DNA from: an uncultured Spirochaetota bacterium
GTDB lineage: Bacteria > Spirochaetota > Spirochaetia > SZUA-6 > Fen-1364
NCBI GenBank assembly: GCA_963820525.1
Contig: CAWGAA010000001.1
Location: forward strand, 512,001 to 576,000
DNA: 64,000 nucleotides
Reading direction: 5' to 3'
Each line of letters starts with the position of its first letter. Position 1 is the first letter of the stretch. A model generated the notes under the pieces. The model saw only the letters and a list, made by a program, of their open reading frames with translations, was not told the DNA's origin and did not search any database. Position numbers and translations under genes: made by a program. Positions 43,331 through 53,022 of the stretch are shown piece after piece.

Positions 43331-45145
43331 TTACTTTTTTGGCAGCCTGGCTTCTTTGGCCTTATCTATCCACCAGTTCTCAGAGCCCAGTGCATACTTG
43401 GGTATGATGGGAGCCCGGGAGAACTTGTTCCAATAGGCGATCCGGTAGGTGCCCACGTACCACTCCGGGATGACATAGAAGTTCCACGTGAGCACTCTAT
43501 CCAGGGCCCGGCCCCAGTACAGGAGGGCCGCATCGTTCTCCTGGTTGGCTTCAATGCCGGCGATGAGGTAGTCCACAGCCTTGTCCTGCACGCCCGCCTG
43601 ATTGTACGTGGAATCGATGTAGGCGGACTGCCACACAATCTTGAGATCGACGCTGGGGTATGCGTTCGCGCTGTACCCACTTGATATCATGTCGAAGTTC
43701 CTGTTGTGCCATCGCTCGAGGAATTGGGAAGAGTCCACGACGCGGATGTTCATCGTGATTCCCATTCTCGCGAGGTTGTCTTTCACGGGAACCGCAATTC
43801 GCTCCAGCGAAGGGCTGCCCGATTGCAGAAGAAGCTCGAAGACAAAGGGCTCACCCGTCTTCACATTGACCAGCTTCTCGTTTCGCACCTCCCATCCCGC
43901 TTCCTTGAGAAGGTCCAAGGCCTTCCTGATCTGATCTCGAATGTTTCCCGTGCCATCGGTAACGGGAGGGTTGTACTCGGACGCGAAAACCTCGGGAGGA
44001 ATCTTGTCCTTGATGGGCGCCAGGATGGAAAGCTCCTCCTTGCCGGGAAGGCCTCGTGCCTCATAGTCCGTATTTGTGAAGTAGCTGCGGGTACGCTTGT
44101 ACTGCCCGTAGAACAGGTTCTTGTTCATCCACGGGAAATCCAGGGCATAGTTGAGGGCCTGGCGCACGCGCCTGTCCTGGAAGATTGGCCTCTTGATGTT
44201 GAACACCAGGGCTTGCATGGTCTGGGGACTTTGGTCCGGGATTTCCTCCTTGATGATGGAGCCATTGTCAAATCCCCGGCCCTTGTAGAGAGTGGCCCAG
44301 TTCTTTGCAATGTTCTCCTGGTAGAAATCGTATTCTCCGGCCTTGAAAGCTTCGAATGCTACAGTCTCATCCCTGTAGTAGTCATAGCGCACGAAGTCGA
44401 AATTGAGCCGCCCTTTGTTCACGGGCAGGTCCGCGCCCCAATAGTTCTTCAGGCGCTGGTATACCGCGTACTGACCCATCTTGTAGTCCGATACGGTATA
44501 TGCACCGCTTCCCAGCGGGATCTCCGTGAGCGGCTCGGACAGTTTATGTTTCTCCCAATACTGCTTGGGCAGCACCGTTAGATTGGCAAGAGCCACCATA
44601 AGTGCCTTGTTGCCCTTTTTCAATGTGAACTTCACGCGAAGCCCGTCCAGCGCCTCCACCTTGGCCACTCCCGCAAAGTAGAGCCTGAATTGGGGAACCC
44701 CCTCGGTCATGAACTTGTTGAAGGAGAAAACCACCTCATCAGCCGTGATGGGAGTGGCGTCCTGGTTCCTGGCCTTGGGATTAATCGAGAAGATGATCCA
44801 CGTGTAGTCGACGGGATACTCCACCTTCTCCGCAATCAGGGGGTAGTAGACGTCGCTCTCGTCCTCTGACGCGGCCATCAGGGTATCGTAAAAGCTTTCG
44901 CTGGCTGCCTCAAAGTTCCCCCGCGTGGCGTACCGGTTGAAGCTGTCGTAGGTGCCGATCTCATGCAGACTGAAGGTCCCTCCCTTGGGCGCGTCCGGGT
45001 TCACGTAGTCGAAGTGCGTGAATCCAGCGGAGTACTTGGGCGTTCCATGGATGGCGAGCGCGTACGATACGATGATCCGAGGCGCCGCCCACGCGCAGGC
45101 GGCTCCGGTGAGAAATCCGATGAGAAAAAGACAACGTAGCTTCAT
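43331..45145 (-). CDS. yejA: Peptide ABC transporter substrate-binding protein
   Basis: [53 protein letters not shown]. Confidence 0.9.
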   Translation of the reverse strand: MKLRCLFLIGFLTGAACAWAAPRIIVSYALAIHGTPKYSAGFTHFDYVNPDAPKGGTFSLHEIGTYDSFNRYATRGNFEAASESFYDTLMAASEDESDVYYPLIAEKVEYPVDYTWIIFSINPKARNQDATPITADEVVFSFNKFMTEGVPQFRLYFAGVAKVEALDGLRVKFTLKKGNKALMVALANLTVLPKQYWEKHKLSEPLTEIPLGSGAYTVSDYKMGQYAVYQRLKNYWGADLPVNKGRLNFDFVRYDYYRDETVAFEAFKAGEYDFYQENIAKNWATLYKGRGFDNGSIIKEEIPDQSPQTMQALVFNIKRPIFQDRRVRQALNYALDFPWMNKNLFYGQYKRTRSYFTNTDYEARGLPGKEELSILAPIKDKIPPEVFASEYNPPVTDGTGNIRDQIRKALDLLKEAGWEVRNEKLVNVKTGEPFVFELLLQSGSPSLERIAVPVKDNLARMGITMNIRVVDSSQFLERWHNRNFDMISSGYSANAYPSVDLKIVWQSAYIDSTYNQAGVQDKAVDYLIAGIEANQENDAALLYWGRALDRVLTWNFYVIPEWYVGTYRIAYWNKFSRAPIIPKYALGSENWWIDKAKEARLPKK

Positions 45146-45214
45146 CCATCCTCCAGCGCCGCTCGGACCGCACCCGAAAGGCGCGGCGCTCGTGATCCGC
45201 CCGGATCCGGCCCT

Positions 45215-45670
45215 CTACTCGAGTTTCCGCCGATCGTCGGGCGGCAGGAACTCGGGGAAGCTGAAAAGCGAGTATCCTCGAGGAATGTCGAAGTCCTCCA
45301 CAGCGGCTCCGCTTCTCACGCACGCCCGCAATCCGGCCTCGGCCTGGTCCAGGGGAACGTTCAAGCCAATGGCCGCCTCAGACACGGTGAGGATCCCCCC
45401 GCGCTCCCGGGCCAGCCGGAGGATGCTCACGGGCAGAAGCGGATCGATGCGCACGGCCGGTTTCCGTGCCCGCCACCGTATCCCGGCCGCTTTGCGCGTA
45501 AGGGAGGAAAGCTCTTTTCCCGCGAGGGCCCAGATTCCCGCGGCGAAGAACGCCGCGCCGACGAAGAATCCCTCAATGCCGATGGGAAAAATCGGGCTCG
45601 CAAAGACGAAAACCGATATGCCGCCGCAGACGATGGCCGCATACCCCAGGACGCGTCTCCATTTTGACAT
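45215..45670 (-). CDS. Hypothetical membrane protein with C-terminal winged-helix-like domain
   Basis: Two N-terminal TM segments; ILRLARERGGILTVSEAA..L..AE.GL; SD AGAGGA. Confidence 0.65.
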   Translation of the reverse strand: MSKWRRVLGYAAIVCGGISVFVFASPIFPIGIEGFFVGAAFFAAGIWALAGKELSSLTRKAAGIRWRARKPAVRIDPLLPVSILRLARERGGILTVSEAAIGLNVPLDQAEAGLRACVRSGAAVEDFDIPRGYSLFSFPEFLPPDDRRKLE

Positions 45671-45770
45671 TCCTCTTCGCTCTTCCGAATCGAATGTAGC
45701 GAATGAGCCCCGGAAATACAAGAATCGCTCAGGCCCTGCCGCCGTGCTTACCGCGGCTCGGGATTTTTCC

Positions 45771-46505
45771 TCAGCCCAGGAGTCCCGCCCGGGCCAGGGC
45801 TGCTCCGAGCGACTTGGAGGCGGCGCTTTTCAGAAGCGCCGGCGGACGGCCTATCGCCGGCTCGATCCCCGGATCGAATGGCACCTCGCCCAGGAAGGCG
45901 ACCCCCCGGGCCTTTGCCAGATCTTCAACTGTCCGGGCGTCTCCCCGGCACATGTTGGCGATGACTCCGACCACCGCCGTCTCCATCTCTTCCAGCATCG
46001 TCAGGAGCCTGTCCACGACCCTCACCGAGACCGTGGACGGGGTCGATACCAGGAGCGCCTCCACCCGGGGCACGAGGGACATCAGGTCAAGCACTTCGTC
46101 TCCTATTCCGGGCGGCATGTCGATGATCAGCACGTCAAGCTCTCCCCACATGGTCACGGCCAGGAGCTCCAGGATGGCGTCGGTCACCTCGGGACCCCGG
46201 AGCGGCAGGGCATGCTCGCCGGTGAAGGCCGACACGCTCATCAGCGAGACTCCGTCAGCAGCGGGAAGCGGCAGGAGCCCCTCCTTCTCCTGCGGGAAGC
46301 GGGACTTCACTCCCAGGACTATATGGTCTGAAGAGCCCTGGAAATCCATGTCGAGCAGGCCGACGCGCATGCCCCGCGCTCCCATTGAAAGCGCGGCGAG
46401 GCACGAGCAGAGGGTCTTTCCCACGCCTCCCTTGGCGGAGCTGAATGCGACGATCCTCCGAGCTTGGGCCAGGCGCTTTTCCACGACGCTGCGGCGCGGG
46501 TCCAT
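45771..46505 (-). CDS. Mrp/MinD-family ATPase, probable ATPase-type HypB
   Basis: MDPR start, KGGVGKT, DMDFQG, WGELDVLIIDMPPG; no C-terminal CxxC; coupled to hypA by TGATG. Confidence 0.8.
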   Translation of the reverse strand: MDPRRSVVEKRLAQARRIVAFSSAKGGVGKTLCSCLAALSMGARGMRVGLLDMDFQGSSDHIVLGVKSRFPQEKEGLLPLPAADGVSLMSVSAFTGEHALPLRGPEVTDAILELLAVTMWGELDVLIIDMPPGIGDEVLDLMSLVPRVEALLVSTPSTVSVRVVDRLLTMLEEMETAVVGVIANMCRGDARTVEDLAKARGVAFLGEVPFDPGIEPAIGRPPALLKSAASKSLGAALARAGLLG

Positions 46506-46921
46506 CACGGCTCCCCCGGCTCGGCCAGCTCGATCGCCGCGATGCTCACCCCCCTGCCCTTTTCCACGCTGAAGTCCGCGCTCCCGCAGCCGGGACAGCG
46601 GATGAAGGCATGGGCGGCCTCGGGCAGGAAATGGATCGCTTCCCTCTGATCCTCCGTCACGGCGGAATCTTCCGCCAGGCTCCATCGCCGTCCGCACGCC
46701 CTGCATGCCAGCTCGGCTTTCTCGGTCTCGAGGACTATGGCCTGAGGGGCGATCCCAAAGGGCCCCAGCAGGGTCGAAAGCCCGAAACTGAAGATTTCCC
46801 GGTCCACGGCCTGGAGCTCTCCTATCAGGATACGCACGGAGCGCAGGGAGCTCGGCTCTTTATCGCCGAGGGTGCCCCGGATCGCGGTCACAACCGCGTC
46901 AGCGAGAGCCCATTCATGCAT
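46505..46921 (-). CDS. hypA: Hydrogenase nickel incorporation protein HypA
   Basis: MHEWALA, IGELQ, CRAC..CPGC, KGRG. Confidence 0.92.
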   Translation of the reverse strand: MHEWALADAVVTAIRGTLGDKEPSSLRSVRILIGELQAVDREIFSFGLSTLLGPFGIAPQAIVLETEKAELACRACGRRWSLAEDSAVTEDQREAIHFLPEAAHAFIRCPGCGSADFSVEKGRGVSIAAIELAEPGEP

Positions 46922-46934
46922 CGATTTCAGCCTC

Positions 46935-47396
46935 TTATCTCTGGTAGGTGCCGTACAGGGACGCTTTGGCCAGGACGCGACCTTCCATGGCCTTTACCAG
47001 ATCGGCTTTTAAAGCGCCCGCCGGGAGAGCAAGCTCCCGGTCCAGGGCATGGAGGGTGAAGACATAGCGGTGGGGTTTCCCCTGGGGCGGACAGGGCCCG
47101 CCGTATCCCAGGCGGCCGAAGTCGTTCCTGCCCTGACGGGTGCCGTCTTCGAGGGCCGAAACCGTGCGAACCCCTTGCGCGAGCCCATGGGAAGAGGCGG
47201 GAATGTTGAAGATGACCCAATGAACCCAGATGCCCACGGGAGCATCCGGGTCGTCGCAGATCACTGCAAATGACTTGGCGGCCGGAGGAGGCCCGCTCCA
47301 GCTCAATGCGGGAGAAATGTCCCTGCCGTCGCAGGTATATATCGTGGGAATCCGGCCGGCGGGCTTAAAAGCGTCAGAGGCGAGGGTAAACGCCAT
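46935..47396 (-). CDS. YbhB/YbcL (PEBP) family protein
   Basis: YTCDG.DISP.L.W, DDPDAP..WVHW, GYGGPCPP, HRY.F. Confidence 0.92.
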   Translation of the reverse strand: MAFTLASDAFKPAGRIPTIYTCDGRDISPALSWSGPPPAAKSFAVICDDPDAPVGIWVHWVIFNIPASSHGLAQGVRTVSALEDGTRQGRNDFGRLGYGGPCPPQGKPHRYVFTLHALDRELALPAGALKADLVKAMEGRVLAKASLYGTYQR

Positions 47397-47504
47397 GACA
47401 AATACCTCCCCGTCGCACTCGATAGTATCGCCATGGAGCGGTGTTCCGCAAGGCGCGGCTCCGTGCTCTCATTCGCCGCGGCCGCATCGATTTTCTAGCA
47501 TTGT

Positions 47505-47792
47505 TCAGGCATGAGGAAGGGAGCGGATCACGCCCTTGATGAAGGAATCCGAGACGGAGTAGATCCGCCGATTCCCCTTGACCTTGGAGGTCACGATCCC
47601 CTCCCTCTTCAATACGGCAAGGTGTTGGGAAACAACGGGCTGAGACTCGTCCAGGCATGCGGAGAGGTCCGACACGCAGGGCTCCTTGTTTTCAATGGCG
47701 CACAGGAGTCGCACGCGGATGGGATGACCACAGACCTTGAGCTTTCGCGCGACCTGCGAGAACTTCTCCTGGAGAAGCTTGTTTTTTTCCAT
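47505..47792 (-). CDS. ArsR/SmtB family transcriptional regulator
   Basis: LK..GHPIR, CVSDL, SQPVVSQHLAVLK..GIV, G..RIY. Confidence 0.9.
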   Translation of the reverse strand: MEKNKLLQEKFSQVARKLKVCGHPIRVRLLCAIENKEPCVSDLSACLDESQPVVSQHLAVLKREGIVTSKVKGNRRIYSVSDSFIKGVIRSLPHA

Positions 47793-47854
47793 ATTCTCCG
47801 CTAACTTCCCCTTATTCTACATGAAATGCTCGGGCAGTATCAAGGACATCGACG

Positions 47855-49102
47855 ATGATCTACCTCGACTGGGCTGCCTCGGCCCCCCCCGACCCGCACG
47901 CCCTCGACACGGCTCGGGAGGTCTCATCCCGGCACTTCGCGAACCCCTCCTCCCCTCACGCCGCCGGCAAGGCGGCGCGTGATCTCCTGGAAGCCGCGCG
48001 GGCGCGGTTGTCCGCGCTTCTCGGCGGCGGCCGGATCGTCTTCACTTCCGGGGCCACCGAATCGAACTCGAGCCTGCTTCTCGCGCTGCTGGGCCGCAAG
48101 CGCGGGGCGGATTCCCGCACGCGGGTCGTCAGGCTGGTCGCAAGCTCCGTTGAGCACGCATCGATCTACGAGCAGGCCCGACTGCTGGAGAACCTGGGGA
48201 TCTCGTGCTCGTTCATCGCTCCCGACTCACTCGGCCTCGTGGACCCTCTGCGGGTGGCGGAGAGCCTCGACGTGGACACGGCTCTGGTATCCATCATGCT
48301 CGTGAACAACGAGACGGGCGCCATCCAGAGAGTGAGCGACGCGGTTCGTGCCGTGCGCGCGTTCTCCGCCCGCTCGGGCAGGCGCATCCTGGTGCATACC
48401 GACGCCGCGCAGGGTTTCTGCAAGATCCCTTTCCTTCCCGCGGAGCTCGGCGTGGACGCCGCATCCCTGAGCGGCCATAAGATCGGAGGCCCCCGGGGCA
48501 TTGGGGCGCTCTGGCTCTCCCCCGATTGCAGGGCCGAGTTCCTTGCCGCAGGAGGAGGACAGGAGTCGGGAAAGAGGCCGGGCACGGAGAATCTCGCCGG
48601 CGCCTGCGCAATGCTTGCCGCGGCGGAAACACGGATTGCACGCCTGCCCGAAGAGCTTGCCGCGGTTCGCTCGAAGATGGGTCGGCTGATCAGGGCGGTA
48701 AAGGAGATCCCGGGTGCGGTCTTCTTCCCCGAAGGCCGGGGCGGTGTTTCGGCAGGGGAGAAAACGGACCCCTTCTCGCCGTTCATCCTCTCGTTCGGGT
48801 TCCCATCCATCCCCGGTGAAGTCGTGGTGCGGGTGGCGGATTCGAAGGGATTCCTCATCGGAACGGGATCCGCGTGCTCTTCGCGCAAGAAATCCCGAAC
48901 GCGCGTGCTGGAGAGCATGGGGATCCGCCACGAGACGGCCCTCTCCGCGGTCCGCGTCTCGATTGGCCCATCCACCACGGAGGGGGATCTCGACGCGTTT
49001 GCCAGCATGCTGAAGGAGGAAGTGCCGGCGCTTCTGGCCATGTCGGGGAAGGCGTCGCTGCGGGGGTCGCGGCCGGAGACTTCCCGGGGGAGGCGGGCAT
49101 GA
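47855..49102 (+). CDS. Cysteine desulfurase (IscS/NifZ type)
   Basis: IYLDWAA, ANPSS.H, FTSGATE, NNETG, HTDAAQ, SGHK, GSAC; coupled to thiI. Confidence 0.92.
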   Translation: MIYLDWAASAPPDPHALDTAREVSSRHFANPSSPHAAGKAARDLLEAARARLSALLGGGRIVFTSGATESNSSLLLALLGRKRGADSRTRVVRLVASSVEHASIYEQARLLENLGISCSFIAPDSLGLVDPLRVAESLDVDTALVSIMLVNNETGAIQRVSDAVRAVRAFSARSGRRILVHTDAAQGFCKIPFLPAELGVDAASLSGHKIGGPRGIGALWLSPDCRAEFLAAGGGQESGKRPGTENLAGACAMLAAAETRIARLPEELAAVRSKMGRLIRAVKEIPGAVFFPEGRGGVSAGEKTDPFSPFILSFGFPSIPGEVVVRVADSKGFLIGTGSACSSRKKSRTRVLESMGIRHETALSAVRVSIGPSTTEGDLDAFASMLKEEVPALLAMSGKASLRGSRPETSRGRRA

Positions 49103-50262
49103 GCGAGTGCCTCTTCCTGGTCAAGTACGGGGAGATCGCCCTGAAGAAGGGGAACCGCGGCATGTTCCTCAAGGCGCTGAAGAGCTCGATTCGCGGCCGA
49201 CTGCCCGACAAGAGCGTTTCGGTCTATGAGACCTGGCATCGCGTCTATGTCCGCTCGGCCTCCGAGGGCAGGGGGATCATCGCCGAACGGCTGGCCAAGA
49301 CCTTCGGCGTCGTCTCGTTCTGCGAGGCGATCAAGACGGCCAAGGACCCCGAGGCGATCGACCGGGCGGCCGTCGAGCTGGCCCGAAGGTTCCTCGAGGC
49401 CGGCCTGGGCCACCGCTTCAAGATCGAAGCCAAGCGAGCGGACAAGACCTATCCGGCCCGCTCCTACGACATCGCGTGCAGGCTGGGAGACCTGCTTTTA
49501 AAAGGCTACCCCGAACTCACGGTCGACGTGAACCGGCCGGACTGGATTCTCATGGTGGAGATCCGGGAGAGCGCGTACCTCTATGGGCCGCAGACGGCGG
49601 GTCCGGGGGGGCTTCCCAGCGGAAGCTCGGGCAAGGGACTGCTCCTTCTCTCCGGGGGCATAGACTCCCCCGTGGCAGGATACATGATGGCCAAGCGGGG
49701 TCTGGCGCTGGAAGCCGTCTACTACCATTCGGCGCCCTTCACATCGGAAGAGGCGCGCCGGAAGGTGGAGAGCCTCACGCGCATCCTCGGGGGCTACGCG
49801 CCCGGCATCGTCCTGCACGTCGTGAACTTCACCCCGGTTCTGGCCCGGATACGGGAGAAAGCGCGCGAGGAGGAGACCACCCTGCTCATGCGCGCCTGCA
49901 TGATGAGCATCGCAAGCAGGCTCGCCGCCCGGTGCGGCGCCGGATGCATCATCACCGGCGAGAGCCTGGGGCAGGTGGCGAGCCAGACCATCGAGAGCAT
50001 CGCCTACACGGGAAGCTACGCGGATCGTCCCGTGTTCAGGCCCCTGATCGGCATGGACAAGGAGGAGATCGTCACGCACGCCCGGCGGATAGGGACTTTC
50101 GAGACTTCAAACCTTCCCTACGCCGACTGCTGCGTGCTGTTCTCTCCCGTCCACCCGCTCATCCATCCCTCTCTTGAGCGGATGGAGAAAAAGTACGCAT
50201 GGCTCCGCCTCGAGGATGTTCTCCAAGAGGCTCTTCAGAGCGTGGAATCGGCGAGTTGGTAA
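49099..50262 (+). CDS. thiI: tRNA 4-thiouridine synthase (THUMP plus PP-loop, no rhodanese domain)
   Basis: KYGEIALKKGNR, GGLP.GS.GK, LSGGIDSPVA, TGESLGQVASQT, DCC. Confidence 0.95.
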   Translation: MSECLFLVKYGEIALKKGNRGMFLKALKSSIRGRLPDKSVSVYETWHRVYVRSASEGRGIIAERLAKTFGVVSFCEAIKTAKDPEAIDRAAVELARRFLEAGLGHRFKIEAKRADKTYPARSYDIACRLGDLLLKGYPELTVDVNRPDWILMVEIRESAYLYGPQTAGPGGLPSGSSGKGLLLLSGGIDSPVAGYMMAKRGLALEAVYYHSAPFTSEEARRKVESLTRILGGYAPGIVLHVVNFTPVLARIREKAREEETTLLMRACMMSIASRLAARCGAGCIITGESLGQVASQTIESIAYTGSYADRPVFRPLIGMDKEEIVTHARRIGTFETSNLPYADCCVLFSPVHPLIHPSLERMEKKYAWLRLEDVLQEALQSVESASW

Positions 50263-50268
50263 TGAGAT

Positions 50269-50550
50269 TCAGCCCGACGATGTCTTCTCCGTCGAGCTTT
50301 CCTTCGGTTTGTCCGCCGCTTTTTCCTTGCCGCCCGAGCTTCCGTTGGTTCCCGTCAGGGTCGAGCTTCTCTTGTAGTCGGTCGTGTAGAAGCCGCTTCC
50401 CTTGAAAATGACGCCCATTCCGCCGTTGATCAGCCGGCGCAGAGATCCCTTGCTGCATTGGGGGCACCGTGACAGCGCCTTGTCCCTGATGCTCTGGATG
50501 GTCTCGAAGGTATGACCGCACGACGTGCACTCATACTCGTAGGTAGGCAT
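50269..50550 (-). CDS. FmdB family zinc-ribbon protein
   Basis: MPTYEYECTSCGH.FE, CPQC, FKGSGFYTTDY. Confidence 0.9.
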   Translation of the reverse strand: MPTYEYECTSCGHTFETIQSIRDKALSRCPQCSKGSLRRLINGGMGVIFKGSGFYTTDYKRSSTLTGTNGSSGGKEKAADKPKESSTEKTSSG

Positions 50551-50671
50551 AAATTTCTTTCTCCTGAGAAGCTAGACACACAAGTTTAGCTCAAATATAA
50601 CGAAGATGCGGCCGAGAGACAAGCCGGGGCGGAGGAGCGGGCGGGCCCCGACCCGCGGCTTCAGGAGAGGC

Positions 50672-51451
50672 TCAGAGCGGCACGGGGCTGACGCGCACGG
50701 GAACTCCGTTCTTCTTGAGATAGTCCTTGATCTCTCCGATTCGAAACAGCTGGTAATGGACCATGGAGGCGATGAGGGCGGCGTCGGCCTTGCCGTCGCG
50801 TAGCACCGTGAGCAGGTGCTCGGGCTTTCCCGCGCCCCCCGATGCGACGACGGGGATGCCGACGTTCTCAGAGATCATTCTCGTCACGGCGAGCTCATAG
50901 CCTTCCCGCGTGCCGTCCGCGTCGATGGAGTTCAGGACGATCTCCCCCGCGCCGAGGCTCTCCGCGGTTTTCGCCCACGCGAGGGCGTCCAGCTCCGTCT
51001 GCGTCCTGCCGCCGTCAACGACCACACGGTACCCCGAGGGCGCATCGGGGTCCTTCAACACGTCCATCCCCAGCACCACGCACTGCCTGCCGTACAGGGA
51101 AGCCCCCTCTTCGATGATGCCCGGGTTTCTCACCGCCTGGGAGTTGACGCTCACCTTTTCGGCGCCGGCGAGCAGGACCTCCCGCATGTCCGCCGCCGAG
51201 GAAAGCCCGCCGCCCACGGAAAAGGGAATGAAGATCGCCTCCCCCACCCGCCTCACCACGTCGATGAGGATCTTCCGCCGCTCCGCCGAGGCCGTGATGT
51301 CGTAGAACACCAGCTCATCCGCCCCCTCCTCGTAGTAGTAGCGGGCCATCGACACGGGATCCCCGACGTCGACGTTGTCGTGGAAGCGCACGCCCTTGGT
51401 GGTCCTTCCATTCTTGACGTCGAGGCAGATCACGATGCGCTTCGAAAGCAT
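50672..51451 (-). CDS. hisF: Imidazole glycerol phosphate synthase cyclase subunit
   Basis: [41 protein letters not shown]. Confidence 0.96.
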   Translation of the reverse strand: MLSKRIVICLDVKNGRTTKGVRFHDNVDVGDPVSMARYYYEEGADELVFYDITASAERRKILIDVVRRVGEAIFIPFSVGGGLSSAADMREVLLAGAEKVSVNSQAVRNPGIIEEGASLYGRQCVVLGMDVLKDPDAPSGYRVVVDGGRTQTELDALAWAKTAESLGAGEIVLNSIDADGTREGYELAVTRMISENVGIPVVASGGAGKPEHLLTVLRDGKADAALIASMVHYQLFRIGEIKDYLKKNGVPVRVSPVPL

Positions 51452-51457
51452 CTCGTC

Positions 51458-52078
51458 CTACACTTTCCAGGCAAGGAAGTCCGACAGGAGAAGCAGGCCC
51501 GCCTCGCCCGACTTCTCCAGGTGGAACTGGAACGCAATGAGGTTGTCCCGCGCGACCGCGGAGGGAAAATCGACGCCGTACTCGGTCCAGCCGCACACGT
51601 CCGTGCTTCGGGCGGGAGAGGGGTAGTAGGAGTGCACGAAGTAGAAGGAGGAGCCTTCCGAGATCCTGCGCGTGACGGGATGCTCGGGGACAAAGCGTAC
51701 CTGGTTCCATCCCATGTGGGGGATCTTCAGCCCTGAAGTCCGCGCGAAGCCCTTCACCGTCCCTTCGAGCAGGCCGAGGCAGGGCGTGCCGCGCTCCTCG
51801 GACCGCTCGAAGATGATCTGGCTTCCAATACAGATCCCGAGCATCTTTTTGCCGGAGCGGAAGAACTCGGCTATTGCCCCGTCGAGCCCCGTCTTCTTGA
51901 GCTGGGCCATTGCGGAGGCCGCTTCGCCGACCCCGGGGAAGATCATGGCCGATGCGCCGGTAAGCTCCTTCGGGTCCGAGGTAAGGAAGTGCTCCGCCGA
52001 GAGCCGTGCCAGGGCGTTCTGGACGCTCTTCAGGTTCCCCGCTCCGTAGTCGATGACCGCCAGGGCGCGTGCGTTCAT
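51458..52078 (-). CDS. hisH: Imidazole glycerol phosphate synthase glutaminase subunit
   Basis: IDYGAGNL.SV, FPGVG, LGICIG, PHMGWN, FYFVHSY, QFHLEKS. Confidence 0.96.
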   Translation of the reverse strand: MNARALAVIDYGAGNLKSVQNALARLSAEHFLTSDPKELTGASAMIFPGVGEAASAMAQLKKTGLDGAIAEFFRSGKKMLGICIGSQIIFERSEERGTPCLGLLEGTVKGFARTSGLKIPHMGWNQVRFVPEHPVTRRISEGSSFYFVHSYYPSPARSTDVCGWTEYGVDFPSAVARDNLIAFQFHLEKSGEAGLLLLSDFLAWKV

Positions 52079-53022
52079 TTTTTCTCCGCTCCCACGGGAA
52101 CCGCCCCCGTGATCAGGGACATGAACAGGGGCACCATCTCGTCCTCGCTGAAGGATAGGCCGGTCAGGACCACCTGGTTTCCCGCCGGCGTGATGGAGAT
52201 GGCGTCGAGTCTCTCCGCCACGTCCGCGATGGCCTGCGAGCGCAGCCATGCCACGAGCGCGAGCTTCATGACCATGGCGAGGAGCCTCGCCTCCTTCTCC
52301 GTGGACAGATTGACGGTTCCCCCCACCTGGTACCCATTCTTGTCCTTGCGCGCATCCAGCCACGTCTCGTGGATGGGTATGTGAACGCTGCCGACCGCTT
52401 TTTCGGTGATGCCGCCGGGGAGCTCCGGCAGATAGAGCACGAGGTCCGACTTTCCCATGTCCCTTACGACATCAGCGGGAAGGCTTAAGGCGGCGGATTG
52501 CCGCAGGCGTGAGAAGAGCGGGCCCATGTTGCCGTTTGAAAACAGGATCACGGAGCCCGCCGGCACGCCGAGCTCGAGCCCGCCCTTCGCGGACTGGTAC
52601 CAGCTGCCCGCTTGCGAGCTCCTGCTCTTCCACTCCGCGCTCGATCCCAGGCGCAGGCCAAGGAGAAACGTGGGGTAGCTGCCAAGCGCAACGGCGGAGA
52701 AACGCGGCGCCTCGCCCGGCACCAGGGTGATGGCGATATACAGCTTCCTGGTCATGTCCAAAAGAGAGGCCACGTCGTTGTACGCCGGCCCCGCCTGGGT
52801 CAGGGCCTTCTTGATGGTGGAAAGCGACGACTGCACCGAAAGGGAAACATAGAGCGTGCCGTCGTCGGGAAGCACTCCCAGCCATTGGGGCGCGGATTTC
52901 TCGGGGATCGTGGCGCATGAGGCGAGCAGCGCCAACAGCAGGCCCGCCGCAAAAAGGGAGATGCGCCGCCGGCCGCGCTGGGCTAGGTTGTCCCGTGAGC
53001 TTTCTTCACCGAAACGGTGCAT
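52075..53022 (-). CDS. Hypothetical lipoprotein
   Basis: Basic n-region, hydrophobic h-region and lipobox LLAS-C; exact start uncertain (overlaps ileS end). Confidence 0.7.
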   Translation of the reverse strand: MHRFGEESSRDNLAQRGRRRISLFAAGLLLALLASCATIPEKSAPQWLGVLPDDGTLYVSLSVQSSLSTIKKALTQAGPAYNDVASLLDMTRKLYIAITLVPGEAPRFSAVALGSYPTFLLGLRLGSSAEWKSRSSQAGSWYQSAKGGLELGVPAGSVILFSNGNMGPLFSRLRQSAALSLPADVVRDMGKSDLVLYLPELPGGITEKAVGSVHIPIHETWLDARKDKNGYQVGGTVNLSTEKEARLLAMVMKLALVAWLRSQAIADVAERLDAISITPAGNQVVLTGLSFSEDEMVPLFMSLITGAVPVGAEKK

